From: a virus
Direction: 5' to 3' (one strand)
Length of the DNA: 64,000 bases
IMG/VR virus record: IMGVR_UViG_3300037234_000551
Location: 8,603-72,602 of that record
Shown here piece after piece: positions 19,598-30,589 of the stretch. Numbering within the stretch: the stretch's first letter is position 1; the number at the start of each line of letters is the position of its first letter. The notes under the pieces were generated by a model. The model was not told the DNA's origin, made no database searches, and was given only the letters and a program-made list of their open reading frames with translations. Both the position numbers and the translations under genes were made by a program.

Positions 19598-20812
19598 ATG
19601 AGCGAAGGTCAGGAGGCACAAAAGTATTTTGAAAGGTTGAATATCGCGGTTCTGAGTATCAATCGAATCAAGGAACTGGTTAAAACTCACATTCTAAATG
19701 TCATGGCCTGTTGGGACCAAGGAAAGGATGTTTTAAAGCAGGCCTTTCACATACTTGGCCCGGCGGGCGTTGGGAAGACTGAAATCTGTTTGCAGATTAG
19801 CGATGAATTAACCAAGGAGACTGGAAAGCAGTTTGACCAAATTAAAATCCAGTGTCCCGTGCTTTCGAGAGATGATTTTTTGATTCCATTTCCGGTGACA
19901 AGGGATGGGGAGCAGAGGTTCAAAATGTTGTACTCTGATTTTATTCCTACTGATCCGGATAGTTTTGGAATCTATATAATTGATGAGTTCTCAAGGGGTG
20001 ATCACAATTTACAGCAACTTCTCTGGCAAGTACAGAATGAGAACAAAATCCATCTGTTTCCTTTCCCAAAAGGATGGTTTGTTATTTCTCTGGATAATCC
20101 AGATGATGCTGAATATAGTGTTGATCAACTTGAGGATGCTGCAGGATTAAGGAGGATGTTACACTTATATGTTGAAGTATCTCCACAAGATTTTCTAAAC
20201 CATGCAATTGCGAATGGTTTTCACTCTTTAACAGTTGAGTTTATTCAGTCACATCCTGACTACCTTTATGATTTTGACGCACAGAAAAGAGGTAGCGTCT
20301 ATGCGAACCCTGCGAGTTATGAGAGGGTATCAAACCTTCTATGGGGTTATGAAGCAAGGGGTGGAATATCTGCTAGCCACAATGAACTTGACTATCTAAT
20401 CTCTGGTTTGTTGAATGTGAATATGACTCGTTTATTCATGGAGTTTGCTAGAGAAAGAAAGGATATCAATCCGAGGGATGTCTTTAGTGATTATCCTAAA
20501 GTCAGGAAACAGGTGAGACAATATGTGAAAGAGCAAAATAATGCCAAACTTGGAGAACTGATGGTGGCGTTTACCACATTTGTTTCAACTTCAAGACCTG
20601 ACTATACAGTTAAAGAGCAAAGAAACATTGTTGCTTTTCTGACAGACATCCCGATAGATACTGCTGCTCTTTTCGTATCTCAGGTTGACAATTTTAGTAG
20701 GACGTCTGATGAGTTTCGTTATATAACAAAACTCCATACTGATCTGATGAAGTTGTCTGAGAGATATAGAAAAGACTTTTATGAACCAATTGTTACAGTC
20801 GGAAAGGGCTAA
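19598..20812 (+). CDS. MoxR-like AAA+ ATPase
   Basis: Walker A GPAGVGKT, Walker B IIDE, NPASYE motif; adjacent vWA gene. Confidence 0.85.
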   Translation: MSEGQEAQKYFERLNIAVLSINRIKELVKTHILNVMACWDQGKDVLKQAFHILGPAGVGKTEICLQISDELTKETGKQFDQIKIQCPVLSRDDFLIPFPVTRDGEQRFKMLYSDFIPTDPDSFGIYIIDEFSRGDHNLQQLLWQVQNENKIHLFPFPKGWFVISLDNPDDAEYSVDQLEDAAGLRRMLHLYVEVSPQDFLNHAIANGFHSLTVEFIQSHPDYLYDFDAQKRGSVYANPASYERVSNLLWGYEARGGISASHNELDYLISGLLNVNMTRLFMEFARERKDINPRDVFSDYPKVRKQVRQYVKEQNNAKLGELMVAFTTFVSTSRPDYTVKEQRNIVAFLTDIPIDTAALFVSQVDNFSRTSDEFRYITKLHTDLMKLSERYRKDFYEPIVTVGKG

Positions 20813-20814
20813 AT

Positions 20815-22164
20815 ATGACCCCAGATGAGAGATTAAAACAACTGGTCGCTAAGATGGTCTTGGGGAACTCATATTGGGGTTACTTGTTCTCGAGGCTAGC
20901 GAGAAGGTCGACTAAGGGCCTCCCATCTATTATGGGTGTTGCTCCAGAACACGATGGGATGATCGCACTATATTACCAACCAGAATTAGTGGATGTAGCA
21001 AGTGATGATGTTCTCATGCTCGTTTTGGAGCATGAAGGGATGCACGTACTTAATAAGCATATTCCAAGGTTGATAAGAATGTTAGCGAATGAGTTGAATG
21101 AAAAACGCAAACCAATGAAAAGTCAAATTTGGAATATTGCTGCCGACTGTTGTGTTAATACACAAATGAGTATGCCCAAAGAAGTGATGGTAGGCGACAC
21201 GAAAGTTTATCCTCAATTTCCTGATGATCATAAATTGCCACCGGACAAGATCACTGAACACTATTTTAACTTGTTGATGAAAAGAGTTAAGGAGATTCAG
21301 TGTCCTCAATGTGGGGCATCTGGGGAAGGTCTTGGTCAGTCCGAGAAAGGTGAGGGTGGTCAGCAGGAACCGGAACAAGTGACTTGTCCTAATTGTGCCG
21401 GTGGAGGTGAGATGCAACTAGATGATCACACTCCCTGGACAAAAAATTTGGAAGGAGTTACTGACCTTAGTTCCCTCTCAAGAAAAATAGACACCAATGT
21501 TGGAAATGTCATTAGAGAGGCAGTTAAGAATTTTAACAAAAGGAGAGGTACTCTTCCATCTCATGTTCAGGATTTAATCGAAGAGGCTCTTAGACCTCCA
21601 AAGGCACCATATTACGAGATTATCAGGAGACTTGTTCGAGGATCTCGTTTGTCTAAATTTCGGAGATCTCCTACAAGAATTAACAGAAAGAGGGCGTACC
21701 TGTTTACCCTTTCAGATGATGGTAGTCCAGTATTTTCACCATTTCCCGGAAAGAAGAGAGACTACTCCTTCTATATCTCTTTGATAATTGACACATCAGG
21801 TAGTATGTCAGTAGATGAAATTCTTGATGCTCTGTCTGCTTGTGGAAGTATTATGGAAAAGGATCGTCACACAAGAGTTGTGGTTCTTGAGTGTGATGCA
21901 ATACTTCAGAAAGAGTATGAAGTAAAGAAACTTCGTGACATACAGTTTAAAGTAAAAGGTAGAGGGGGTACAGCAATGGCTCCAGCTCTCAAACGAGCAA
22001 GGGAGTTGGGAACAGATGTTACTCTTGGTTTCACAGATGGATATACAGAGGATATAAATGCTCTACCACGGAAAATGTTACCAAAGAAACTCATTTGGTG
22101 TGTACCAGAAGCGAGAGGCAACATTGATTTACTGAATCGAACTGGTTACATTGTGAGGATCTAA
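20815..22164 (+). CDS. metallopeptidase-vWA domain protein (DUF2201-like)
   Basis: HEGMH (HExxH), NIAAD, MIDAS DTSGSM, GRGGT, FTDG. Confidence 0.85.
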   Translation: MTPDERLKQLVAKMVLGNSYWGYLFSRLARRSTKGLPSIMGVAPEHDGMIALYYQPELVDVASDDVLMLVLEHEGMHVLNKHIPRLIRMLANELNEKRKPMKSQIWNIAADCCVNTQMSMPKEVMVGDTKVYPQFPDDHKLPPDKITEHYFNLLMKRVKEIQCPQCGASGEGLGQSEKGEGGQQEPEQVTCPNCAGGGEMQLDDHTPWTKNLEGVTDLSSLSRKIDTNVGNVIREAVKNFNKRRGTLPSHVQDLIEEALRPPKAPYYEIIRRLVRGSRLSKFRRSPTRINRKRAYLFTLSDDGSPVFSPFPGKKRDYSFYISLIIDTSGSMSVDEILDALSACGSIMEKDRHTRVVVLECDAILQKEYEVKKLRDIQFKVKGRGGTAMAPALKRARELGTDVTLGFTDGYTEDINALPRKMLPKKLIWCVPEARGNIDLLNRTGYIVRI

Positions 22165-22165
22165 C

Positions 22166-22564
22166 ATGGACAAAAAAGGTTTTAAAGTAGCAAAAGGAGT
22201 GATGTTAGTTGGTGAGTGGGATCATGCGGTTATGTATCGAGTTGCGTGTGATTGCAAAGACCCTGAGCACGATGTCACGATTGACATGGAATTTGACAAA
22301 AGACTCGGTATGATATTTCTACAGCTTCATAAGGACGTTGAGTATTGTCATTATGATATTGATGCTTCAGCATCCGAGAAGCTTAGAAATTATTGGAGAA
22401 CTATAAAGGCGGCCTTTAGGTTAGTCTTTACAGGATATCTCAAAACTAGCACAGAGTTTCTGTTACAAGATTTGGATCATATAGACTCCTTCATTGCAGC
22501 ACTTATGAGAGGGAGAACATTTTGTGCTGAGAAACTTGAGGAATTTAAGAAGCAACAAGAGTAA
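22166..22564 (+). CDS. hypothetical protein
   Basis: ORF in operon. Confidence 0.55.
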   Translation: MDKKGFKVAKGVMLVGEWDHAVMYRVACDCKDPEHDVTIDMEFDKRLGMIFLQLHKDVEYCHYDIDASASEKLRNYWRTIKAAFRLVFTGYLKTSTEFLLQDLDHIDSFIAALMRGRTFCAEKLEEFKKQQE

Positions 22565-22602
22565 AAAAAAGACCTGGGTAGCTGAGCTACCCGGGTCCTT
22601 TT
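22563..22602. terminator. bidirectional intrinsic terminator
   Basis: A8-GACCTGGGTAGC-TGA-GCTACCCGGGTC-CTTTT. Confidence 0.7.
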
Positions 22603-22626
22603 ATGAATTTTGAAGGAGATTTACAA

Positions 22627-23547
22627 ATGAAAAAAAGTGAACTTTTTCCGGTTTTGATAGGTTACGTTTCCGATCTCCCTCCAAACACAATTTTGGATAT
22701 AGAAGTTTTACACCGACTCCTTGCGGATAAACGTAGTCTTAACGTAAGGGTGTCTACTCTTAAACAGTATCTTACTCTTTTGGCGAACGCGGGATTTTCA
22801 GTTAAGAAGAAAAAAATTACTAGACAAAAACCAGTATACTTTGTGGTTGGAGAAGGCAACAACTGGCCTTTCAAACTCTCTTTTTCAGAAGTGAAGGAGT
22901 TATCAATAAAGAAAGGATCAGCAAATGTTGAACTAGTTGCCTCAAGGGAAGATCTTGGTAAACCCCTAATATCTATGTATAAGAAAACTGAATTTGATAA
23001 ACCAGACTCTGTACTTGAGGTCAAAGAAGAGAAGGAATCTCCTGAATGGCACGATATAGATTTTGAGCAGTTGACAGATGAGAATCTCAAAGAAATTCTT
23101 GTTTCGACTAAGATTAGTGAAAAGTCAATTGGAAGAATTCTTTGGCAGGTTCTAGCTGATACTTTTTCTAAAATTAACGAGATGATTTTTGCGCTTGCGA
23201 ACTATGAGAAAGAGCTTTCAAGGATAAGAAAGTATAAGGCTGATTTAGAAAGACAGAAGTTAGCACTTGAGGGTGAGCGAACAAATTTAGAGAATCAAGT
23301 TGAGAATATGGAGCGAACATTATCTGCGTGTGAAAGCAGAATCAAAGATTTAGAAGAATTGAACACTCAAATAGGAAGTAATTTTCTTAAAGAAGAAGAG
23401 AACACCAAGAAGCTGGAGATCGAAGTTTCTCAGTTGCAAAGAGATAAAGAAATTCTGGACAAGAAACTTAGGACAGCATTAGGTAAGCCACAAAAATTTG
23501 CAACAATTGGGGAGTTTATGCAAGCTAAGGAAGCTAAGGGAGGTTAG
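22627..23547 (+). CDS. wHTH-like plus coiled-coil protein (probable paralog of 4983..6581)
   Basis: shared YL..L..AG...K domain and TI.E.M.A.E tail. Confidence 0.6.
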   Translation: MKKSELFPVLIGYVSDLPPNTILDIEVLHRLLADKRSLNVRVSTLKQYLTLLANAGFSVKKKKITRQKPVYFVVGEGNNWPFKLSFSEVKELSIKKGSANVELVASREDLGKPLISMYKKTEFDKPDSVLEVKEEKESPEWHDIDFEQLTDENLKEILVSTKISEKSIGRILWQVLADTFSKINEMIFALANYEKELSRIRKYKADLERQKLALEGERTNLENQVENMERTLSACESRIKDLEELNTQIGSNFLKEEENTKKLEIEVSQLQRDKEILDKKLRTALGKPQKFATIGEFMQAKEAKGG

Positions 23548-25356
23548 ATGGCAAAAAAGTATACCTCATCTGAAGTTAAGGTCCTCGATGAAGTCACCCA
23601 TATACGCTTGAATCCTGGTATGTATATTGGGGAGACGGCAACCCCTGTCCATTTAATTGAGGAAGCATTAGACAATAGCCTTGATGAATGCTTGGCAGGG
23701 TTTGCCAGCGTCGTGGCAATAAATCTAGATACTAAAAATCATATCTATCAAGTGATAGACAATGGTAGAGGAATTCCGATTAGCAAGGATATTCCTAGAC
23801 TAATTTCAAGTAAACTTTTCTCTGGTGCAAAATTCCAGGGAATAAAAACAGCATACGATATTTGCAGCGGACGTCATGGTGTTGGTCTGGTTGCAATAAA
23901 TGCTCTCAGTGATTTATACAAAATTGAGATATATAGAAATAGTAAGAGAGCATTGTTTGAGTTTGAAAATGCTAAGTTTCGAAGAAAAGAAATCAAGAAG
24001 TTTAGTGATCAGAAACCTTTTTCCACAATGATTCAATTCAGACCAGATAAGACGATATTTGAAAACTTGGTTCCAGACATCCAAAGAATCAGAAATCGTC
24101 TACTAATTGCTTCAGTCGAGTTACCAAAGTGTACATTTGCTTTGAGTGTAGACGGAAATCGTGAAGTTATTAAATTAGACATGCAAGAATACTTTATGAA
24201 CTATTGTCTAAAGGATTCTGATAAAGAGATCTCACCAATCATTGATATTAATCCTGATTTGAGACCAGAGAATTTCAAAGTTAAATTTTGTTTTTCTAGA
24301 AATGGAACAACAACACCAAAAGTTCATACATCTGTCAATCTCCTTCCTGTAGAAGGAGGAGGAAGTCACATAAATGTATTCTATGATATTCTGAAGGATA
24401 TGTTTATGTCGAGGGCGAAGAAATTTGGACTGAAATTTCAACCAAACGATTGTCTTTGTGGATTGAGAGCATACTTGAGTCTGTCTCTGAAGAATCCTGA
24501 GTTCTCAGGTCAAATAAAATATCGACTTACGAATACTAAGAATGATTTATTGAAATTGACGAATCCTCTTAAGCAGAAAATTGAGCAACATTTTGATAAG
24601 AACCAGAATTTGCTTGAGCTCCTGCTTGAGCAGTTTGAATTATATAGGAAGAAACTAGATTCAAAAAGATTGAGGACTTTTACAAATGGAAAAAGAGCGT
24701 CTACGAAATTTACTAAACTCCGTGATTGCACCGATTCTAAAGGTGAATTATTTATCGTGGAAGGAGATTCGGCTGGTGGGTCTTTTATCAGCTGTCGTGA
24801 TCCTCGTAGGCATGCTATCTTTCCTTTACGAGGGAAAATCCCTTCTATCGTTGGGGCTAAAGATATACTTAAGAACAAAGAGGTAGGAGAATTAATTCAA
24901 GCATTAGGAACAGGAGTTGGACCTCACTTTGATATTAGTGGTCTGAAATATGAAAAGGTCATTTGTGCCACAGATGCGGATGAAGATGGGGGACATATTT
25001 TCTGTCTTCTAACAATTATCCTTGCCAACTTGGTTCCAGATGTGATAAAAAATGGACACTACTATCTAGTCCAAACTCCACTGTATGCAATAACTGAAGG
25101 TAAACAATTTATCCCATTATGGACTGAAAAGCAAGTTGCGAAAGCAAGAGAAAAGAAAAAGAAGATTTCTCGTTTTAAAGGTCTTGGAGAATTGAATCCA
25201 GACCAGCTAAAAGTGTGTGCAATTAATGAAAAGACGAGGAAGTTAATTCCTATTAAATTTTCAGATAATTTAGGTAAAATAATGAAGTTATTTAGTGATG
25301 TTAATACAAAGAGGAAATTACTGAACATGGAGGAAAAACATGACAAAGAAAGATGA
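23548..25356 (+). CDS. gyrB: type IIA DNA topoisomerase, ATPase/TOPRIM subunit (GyrB/ParE-like)
   Basis: HIRLNPGMYIG, EALDNSLDE, DNGRGIP, VEGDSAGG, PLRGK, TDADEDGGHI, RFKGLGE. Confidence 0.93.
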   Translation: MAKKYTSSEVKVLDEVTHIRLNPGMYIGETATPVHLIEEALDNSLDECLAGFASVVAINLDTKNHIYQVIDNGRGIPISKDIPRLISSKLFSGAKFQGIKTAYDICSGRHGVGLVAINALSDLYKIEIYRNSKRALFEFENAKFRRKEIKKFSDQKPFSTMIQFRPDKTIFENLVPDIQRIRNRLLIASVELPKCTFALSVDGNREVIKLDMQEYFMNYCLKDSDKEISPIIDINPDLRPENFKVKFCFSRNGTTTPKVHTSVNLLPVEGGGSHINVFYDILKDMFMSRAKKFGLKFQPNDCLCGLRAYLSLSLKNPEFSGQIKYRLTNTKNDLLKLTNPLKQKIEQHFDKNQNLLELLLEQFELYRKKLDSKRLRTFTNGKRASTKFTKLRDCTDSKGELFIVEGDSAGGSFISCRDPRRHAIFPLRGKIPSIVGAKDILKNKEVGELIQALGTGVGPHFDISGLKYEKVICATDADEDGGHIFCLLTIILANLVPDVIKNGHYYLVQTPLYAITEGKQFIPLWTEKQVAKAREKKKKISRFKGLGELNPDQLKVCAINEKTRKLIPIKFSDNLGKIMKLFSDVNTKRKLLNMEEKHDKER

Positions 25357-25732
25357 GAGAGTTGATGTAAATAAAGAGATTGAGGTTCATGGAGTTCTAC
25401 CTGAAGATGATAGTCATATATTTATGGTGCATACGCATGGCATGGAAAAGTATGAACTTCCAAATCTTTTAGTTGAAGCTAGTGAGATCTTTACATATGT
25501 AGCAACTTCCCTTTTAAACTCCATGTGTGATTGGTTGATAAATGATGTTAAAAAAGCTAACCTTGATAATGCCAAAAGCGATCCTGTTGTATTGCGCGGG
25601 TTGCCAAATATGGAGTTTATAGAAACAGTATATGATGGAGAAAAAGTATGGAAACTGACTCCAACTGAAAAAGTAGAGTGTGCCTGTTGTAATATTTCTG
25701 ACGGTAAACCAGAAGGGGTAACCACACATTAG
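25340..25732 (+). CDS. hypothetical protein (DUF4262-like) between topoisomerase subunits
   Basis: HTHGMEKYELPNL motif. Confidence 0.5.
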   Translation: MTKKDERVDVNKEIEVHGVLPEDDSHIFMVHTHGMEKYELPNLLVEASEIFTYVATSLLNSMCDWLINDVKKANLDNAKSDPVVLRGLPNMEFIETVYDGEKVWKLTPTEKVECACCNISDGKPEGVTTH

Positions 25733-25740
25733 GGGTTAAG

Positions 25741-27066
25741 ATGGACAAGAATGTTCCAGACTTATATAGATCATATGGTCAATATGTGAACGCATTTCGA
25801 GCGTTCCCTTTAGACTTAGATGGGTTAAAACCTGTTGAGAGAAGAGTACTTTTATCAGCATATCAAATTGCAAGCGAAAGATTTGTCAAGAGCGCTAGAG
25901 TCGATGGTCATTGTCTCGGTCACTACCATCCTCACGGGACTTCCTATGGGACGATTGTTCAACTTGTTAGGCAGGGTTTCTTGAATGGGCAGGGTAGTTT
26001 TGGGGCCAATATAGGGGTTGAACCAACCCCTCCTGCTGCCATGAGATACACTGGTTGTAGATTATCAAAAACTACCAAGAACCTTGCCTTCAAGTTGATC
26101 AAGTATGTTCCTTGGCAATTAGGAGAATTGGACGAGAAAGAACCATTATTTCTTCCAACAATGTTCCCTCTCTGTTTACTTGGAGAAGAGTATACTCAAG
26201 GTATAGGTTTTGGTTATAAAACATTCATTCCGTGTTTTAGAATTGAAGATCTATATAAGAGGTTATTATTTCTTCTTGGTCAGAGGAAGACAAAACCAAT
26301 TATTAAACCAATATCAGATTGTGCAATTGTTTCTTCAGACAAAGAAATTGAGAGTCTATTATTAACTGGTAAGGCTTCTATTTCTGTTAAAGGAGTTAGC
26401 ATAGCACATCCAAAGGATCATTCAGTTATTTTAAGGTCGTGGCCTCCAGGTAGAAAGTTTGAGTCTCTACTCAATAGGTTTGCAGAGGAGAGGGAGAATA
26501 ATGATATTGGTTTTCAAGATCTCTCAACAGAAGAAACATATATTGTATTCAAAGTTTTGAAGCAGAGAAATAAAGATGCGATATACAATAAGTTTGTGAA
26601 AAAGTTAGACAAAGTGCTTACAGGCAATATCCCGTTTGAAATGATTGTTGTTGATTCTAATAGACAAGTTAGAGTAGCATCAGTTGATGAGTTGTTACTA
26701 GGTAGCCATAAGATGTTTCTTAATTCAAATGTAGCAATGTTGGAGTCTGAGATATCTCGCTATCAAAACATAAGGAAGGAGTATTTAGTACTTCAAGCTA
26801 TTAGACCGATTCTGTCTGAGCATCTGAAAGAAGAAATAAAGGATGTTAAACTGGTAATTGACGATATTTGCAAAAGGACTGATTTGAGCAAGAAAATGGT
26901 TACTAGTCTTTTTGCAAAGTATAGAATTAATAAACTTCTGAGTCTATCCATTGATATAGATGAGATAAATCAGGAGGTTACGAACTTGAAAGCAAATTTA
27001 GGTAATGCCTTTCAATTTTCATTAGATCAGTATGCGGAGGTCATGAATGGCAAACAAAAAAAATAA
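25741..27066 (+). CDS. gyrA: type IIA DNA topoisomerase, breakage-reunion subunit (GyrA/ParC-like, no C-terminal pinwheel)
   Basis: DGLKPVERRVL, KSARV, YHPHG, catalytic AAMRYT; only 441 aa. Confidence 0.92.
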   Translation: MDKNVPDLYRSYGQYVNAFRAFPLDLDGLKPVERRVLLSAYQIASERFVKSARVDGHCLGHYHPHGTSYGTIVQLVRQGFLNGQGSFGANIGVEPTPPAAMRYTGCRLSKTTKNLAFKLIKYVPWQLGELDEKEPLFLPTMFPLCLLGEEYTQGIGFGYKTFIPCFRIEDLYKRLLFLLGQRKTKPIIKPISDCAIVSSDKEIESLLLTGKASISVKGVSIAHPKDHSVILRSWPPGRKFESLLNRFAEERENNDIGFQDLSTEETYIVFKVLKQRNKDAIYNKFVKKLDKVLTGNIPFEMIVVDSNRQVRVASVDELLLGSHKMFLNSNVAMLESEISRYQNIRKEYLVLQAIRPILSEHLKEEIKDVKLVIDDICKRTDLSKKMVTSLFAKYRINKLLSLSIDIDEINQEVTNLKANLGNAFQFSLDQYAEVMNGKQKK

Positions 27067-27517
27067 ATTATCTAGATTGGTAGAAGCATTACCAGATCTC
27101 CTTCGTAGAGCAGAAGAACACAATGAAGATTGCCTCAATTGTAATGGTCGGGGCATAAGTTACAGAAAAATTGATATCTATGCTCCATGTTACAATTGCA
27201 GATCATCTGGAAGAGTTCCATTCGTGGACAATATTATTCCAAAGAACAATCCGCCTGACTTCGATGTGATGAGAGATATTGCTGAACGAAATGTCCATAT
27301 ACTTACTAGATTTATTAGAGAAGAATACGCTAAAATTGGAGTTGAGGTGGATATAAGGCTCAATTTTCCAAACCCAAATCGTGGTAGTATAGCAAGACAT
27401 TGGGAGGAAAGAAATTTAGATAGGCCACCCTTTGGGGATATATATCCAGCGGATGGCAATCTTGAAGAGAAAATTATGCTTGAACCGCTAAGGGAGGAGA
27501 AGAAATGTACTCTGTAA
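27047..27517 (+). CDS. protein with DnaJ-like CxxCxGxG zinc finger
   Basis: CLNCNGRG ... CYNCRSSG. Confidence 0.55.
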   Translation: MANKKNKLSRLVEALPDLLRRAEEHNEDCLNCNGRGISYRKIDIYAPCYNCRSSGRVPFVDNIIPKNNPPDFDVMRDIAERNVHILTRFIREEYAKIGVEVDIRLNFPNPNRGSIARHWEERNLDRPPFGDIYPADGNLEEKIMLEPLREEKKCTL

Positions 27518-27924
27518 CTAAAACCTTCAGAGTTTCATGTGGTCATCGTTTGAGCAAACATCCAGGTCTCTGTAAGAATTTTCACGGTCACAATTTGAAA
27601 ATTGAAGTTACTGTTTCAAGCAGAACTCTTGATGAAAACGGAATGGTAATTGACTTTTCAAGTTTGAAGAAAGAGATTGAGGGAATTGTTACTGACTGGG
27701 ATCATGCGTTATTTCTTAATGTAAATGATATAGAGTGGGCTGAATTTATGAAACAGAAGGAGATGAAGGTAGTTATAGTTCCTGGAGAACCTACTGCTGA
27801 GAGAATGTGCTCTGAGTTATTTATTACATTGAGAGAGAAGATGAGAAGTCTAGAGAGACCTGTACACATAAAGAGAGTTAGGATTTGGGAAAACGATGAT
27901 TCAATGGCAGAGTATGAATCGTAA
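27505..27924 (+). CDS. queD: 6-carboxy-5,6,7,8-tetrahydropterin synthase
   Basis: GHRL..H.G.C.NFHGHN, GMVIDF..LK, WDHA, EPTAE. Confidence 0.9.
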   Translation: MYSVTKTFRVSCGHRLSKHPGLCKNFHGHNLKIEVTVSSRTLDENGMVIDFSSLKKEIEGIVTDWDHALFLNVNDIEWAEFMKQKEMKVVIVPGEPTAERMCSELFITLREKMRSLERPVHIKRVRIWENDDSMAEYES

Positions 27925-29333
27925 TGTATACTTTAAAAAAGAGAGCAGGCATTGCAATACCAAGAACCTATGAGAATGATGCGTTTTATGTGAAAATGAG
28001 AGCTTCCTTAACAAGAAGGTCACTAGACTATCATCAAGAATCAATATTTGTAGTTCACAGGTTCTTCTTGGAGTCTGAGAAGTTTTTGACAGTTCCTAGG
28101 TTCTTCCCGATACATGAGTACATTTCAGACTGTCATATTGAAGACCACAGTCATGTGGGTGAGGATATTAAGATAGATCATAACATAAAGTTTCGAGATG
28201 AGTTACAAGAAAATATGGTTAATCACATGCTTAGTTGTAATAATGCAACAATTCAAGCACCACCTGGATCTGGAAAGACTGTAGTTGCGCTGTATGTGAT
28301 TGCTATTAAGAAAAAGAAAACACTGATTCTAGTTCACAGAGACACTCTTGTTGATCAGTGGGCAGAACGTGCGCTAGAGCATACAAATATAAATAAAAAT
28401 GATATAGTAAGATTAACGTCGTCTAATTTCATTCACGCTCTCAAGAAACCCCTAATAATTACGACTGATCAGACGATGGTATCAATATTAAAGAGAAATA
28501 GATATAACTTTCTAGTAGCATTGAATCAAGCAAACATTGGAATGTTTATTGCGGATGAGGTACATACTTCTGTTGGAGCTCCAAGATTTTCAGAGTGCTC
28601 CATGCACATGCCGGCTAGGTTGACTTATGGTCTAAGTGCGACTCCATATAGATATGACGGCAATGGAGATATTATCAATTACCACTTGGGCGAAACATTC
28701 ACACCTGAGGGTGAAGCATCTGTTATGGATGCAAAGGTTACAGTTGTTCTGTTTGATTCTGGAATGCTGAACAGAAGTTATAGATATATTTACTGGGGTG
28801 ATAAGTTTCAAAGATCTAGATATTTGAGTCAATTAAAGAAATCAGAAGTTTTCATGTCTTTATGCAAGGGTCTCTTGACAAAATTTTCTGCTAATGGTAG
28901 GGAAGTTATATTCGTCTCTGAAAGAATTAAAATGATTGAGGAACTCTTCAAATGGTTGAAAGTTCCTAGCAAATCAATGTTTATTAGAAATGCAACAAAT
29001 GAGGAGTTGAAATTTCAAGTGACATTTGCAACTCCTGGTAAAGTAAGAGATGGAGTTGATATTCCTAAAAAAGACTGTTTGATTATGACAAGTCCAATAA
29101 GAAACATTGAGCAAATATGTGGACGAGTTGTAAGGGAAGCAGATAATAAAAGTAGACCTGTAGTTGTAGACATGATTGATGTAGGAGTTTCAGAGATACG
29201 AGAAACATATTATGGTCGATTGAGGTTTTATCGGGATAAGCAGTGGGAAGTAGACTACCTTATTGCATACTCCGATGGGCGAATAAATGAAATAGATGAA
29301 CAAGTGGCAATCGAAATAATCCGGGGTGAGTGA
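27924..29333 (+). CDS. superfamily 2 DExH helicase (UvsW/XPB-like)
   Basis: APPGSGKT, DEVH, GLSATP, DGVDIP, QICGRVVR. Confidence 0.88.
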   Translation: MYTLKKRAGIAIPRTYENDAFYVKMRASLTRRSLDYHQESIFVVHRFFLESEKFLTVPRFFPIHEYISDCHIEDHSHVGEDIKIDHNIKFRDELQENMVNHMLSCNNATIQAPPGSGKTVVALYVIAIKKKKTLILVHRDTLVDQWAERALEHTNINKNDIVRLTSSNFIHALKKPLIITTDQTMVSILKRNRYNFLVALNQANIGMFIADEVHTSVGAPRFSECSMHMPARLTYGLSATPYRYDGNGDIINYHLGETFTPEGEASVMDAKVTVVLFDSGMLNRSYRYIYWGDKFQRSRYLSQLKKSEVFMSLCKGLLTKFSANGREVIFVSERIKMIEELFKWLKVPSKSMFIRNATNEELKFQVTFATPGKVRDGVDIPKKDCLIMTSPIRNIEQICGRVVREADNKSRPVVVDMIDVGVSEIRETYYGRLRFYRDKQWEVDYLIAYSDGRINEIDEQVAIEIIRGE

Positions 29334-29566
29334 TGAAACTATCAGTTGAAGAATATATAGATTATAGTCATTTATGTATACTAGAGACTCTTTTAGAAAA
29401 GAGTGTTGAGTTTCAACGACTAAACTTACCTTCAAGAGATGTGTTATTAGGAGAAGTGAAGGGTGAATTAAGGAGGTTCGATAAGTTGGACCGTGATAGG
29501 AGAATAGCCGCTACAAGGTCTGGAGAGAGTATGGCGCATAGGATCTATGGAACCTGGAGATGAATT

Positions 29567-30589
29567 ATGAAATTCGCATTGTCAGCAGATTGGCATTTTG
29601 CTGGTTATACTCAAGATAAGTTGATTGGTGGTCTACCTGAAAGATTGACGGTCTTGAAGGGTTGTATTGAGTCAATGCTAACACATTGTAAGGAGCATGG
29701 GATTGATAGGGTTATTGTTGCTGGAGATATCCTTCATGGAAAATCAATTATTTATGCTCTTGCTCAATCAGTTTTGATAGACCTTTTCAATGCTTATTCG
29801 GATATAGAGTTCTTTCTGTTAGACGGTAATCATGACCTATCCGGAAAGGGTGAGGATGCAGTATCGGCACTAAGAGGTCTGGTTGCGTGTGATAATGTTA
29901 TACTTATCGTAAAAGATTATTGGGAACATGATGGTGTTGCTTTTGTTCCCTACTCTTATAATATGGTAGATATTATTAAGCAGAACTCTTGTAAGTTTCT
30001 TATTTCCCATTTTGGATTGAATGAAGCTATATTAAATTCTGGAGTTAGTATAGTTTCGAAGATGGGTCTTAGAGACCTCGTTGGGAAATATGAATATGCT
30101 CTTCTTGGTCATTATCATTTGCCACAGGAGATGATCGCTAATGAAATTAAAGTATACTATGCAGGGTCTCCAATTCAATTAGATTGGGGTGAGAAGCACG
30201 AGGAGAAAAGATTTCTGATTGTTGATACAGAAACTGAAACAATTGAATCTGTGCCAACCGTTGGTTATAAGCAGTATCACGAGTTTAAGATAACAAATGA
30301 AAATCGAGATGAGATAATAGACAAGGCAAAGAAATTTCAAGCAATAGGTCATGAGGTTAGAATATTTCGTGATGATTTGGGAGTTGATATTGAACATATT
30401 GCTGAAGAATTTCTCATCATTGACAAGGCCGAAAAAGATATTACTGATAGAGGCATTGAGTCTAGCATGTCTCTAGATGAAAAGTTTTCGAAGTACTTAG
30501 ATATAAAAGGAGTTAAACCGGAAGATCAACCAAAGTATTTAGAGGTTGGTCTCCAGATTGTCGAAAGGGCAGCAAAGGAAACACAATGA
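29567..30589 (+). CDS. sbcD: SbcD/Mre11-like nuclease
   Basis: ADWH, AGD, GNHD, SHFG, GHYH, YAGSP phosphoesterase motifs. Confidence 0.88.
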   Translation: MKFALSADWHFAGYTQDKLIGGLPERLTVLKGCIESMLTHCKEHGIDRVIVAGDILHGKSIIYALAQSVLIDLFNAYSDIEFFLLDGNHDLSGKGEDAVSALRGLVACDNVILIVKDYWEHDGVAFVPYSYNMVDIIKQNSCKFLISHFGLNEAILNSGVSIVSKMGLRDLVGKYEYALLGHYHLPQEMIANEIKVYYAGSPIQLDWGEKHEEKRFLIVDTETETIESVPTVGYKQYHEFKITNENRDEIIDKAKKFQAIGHEVRIFRDDLGVDIEHIAEEFLIIDKAEKDITDRGIESSMSLDEKFSKYLDIKGVKPEDQPKYLEVGLQIVERAAKETQ

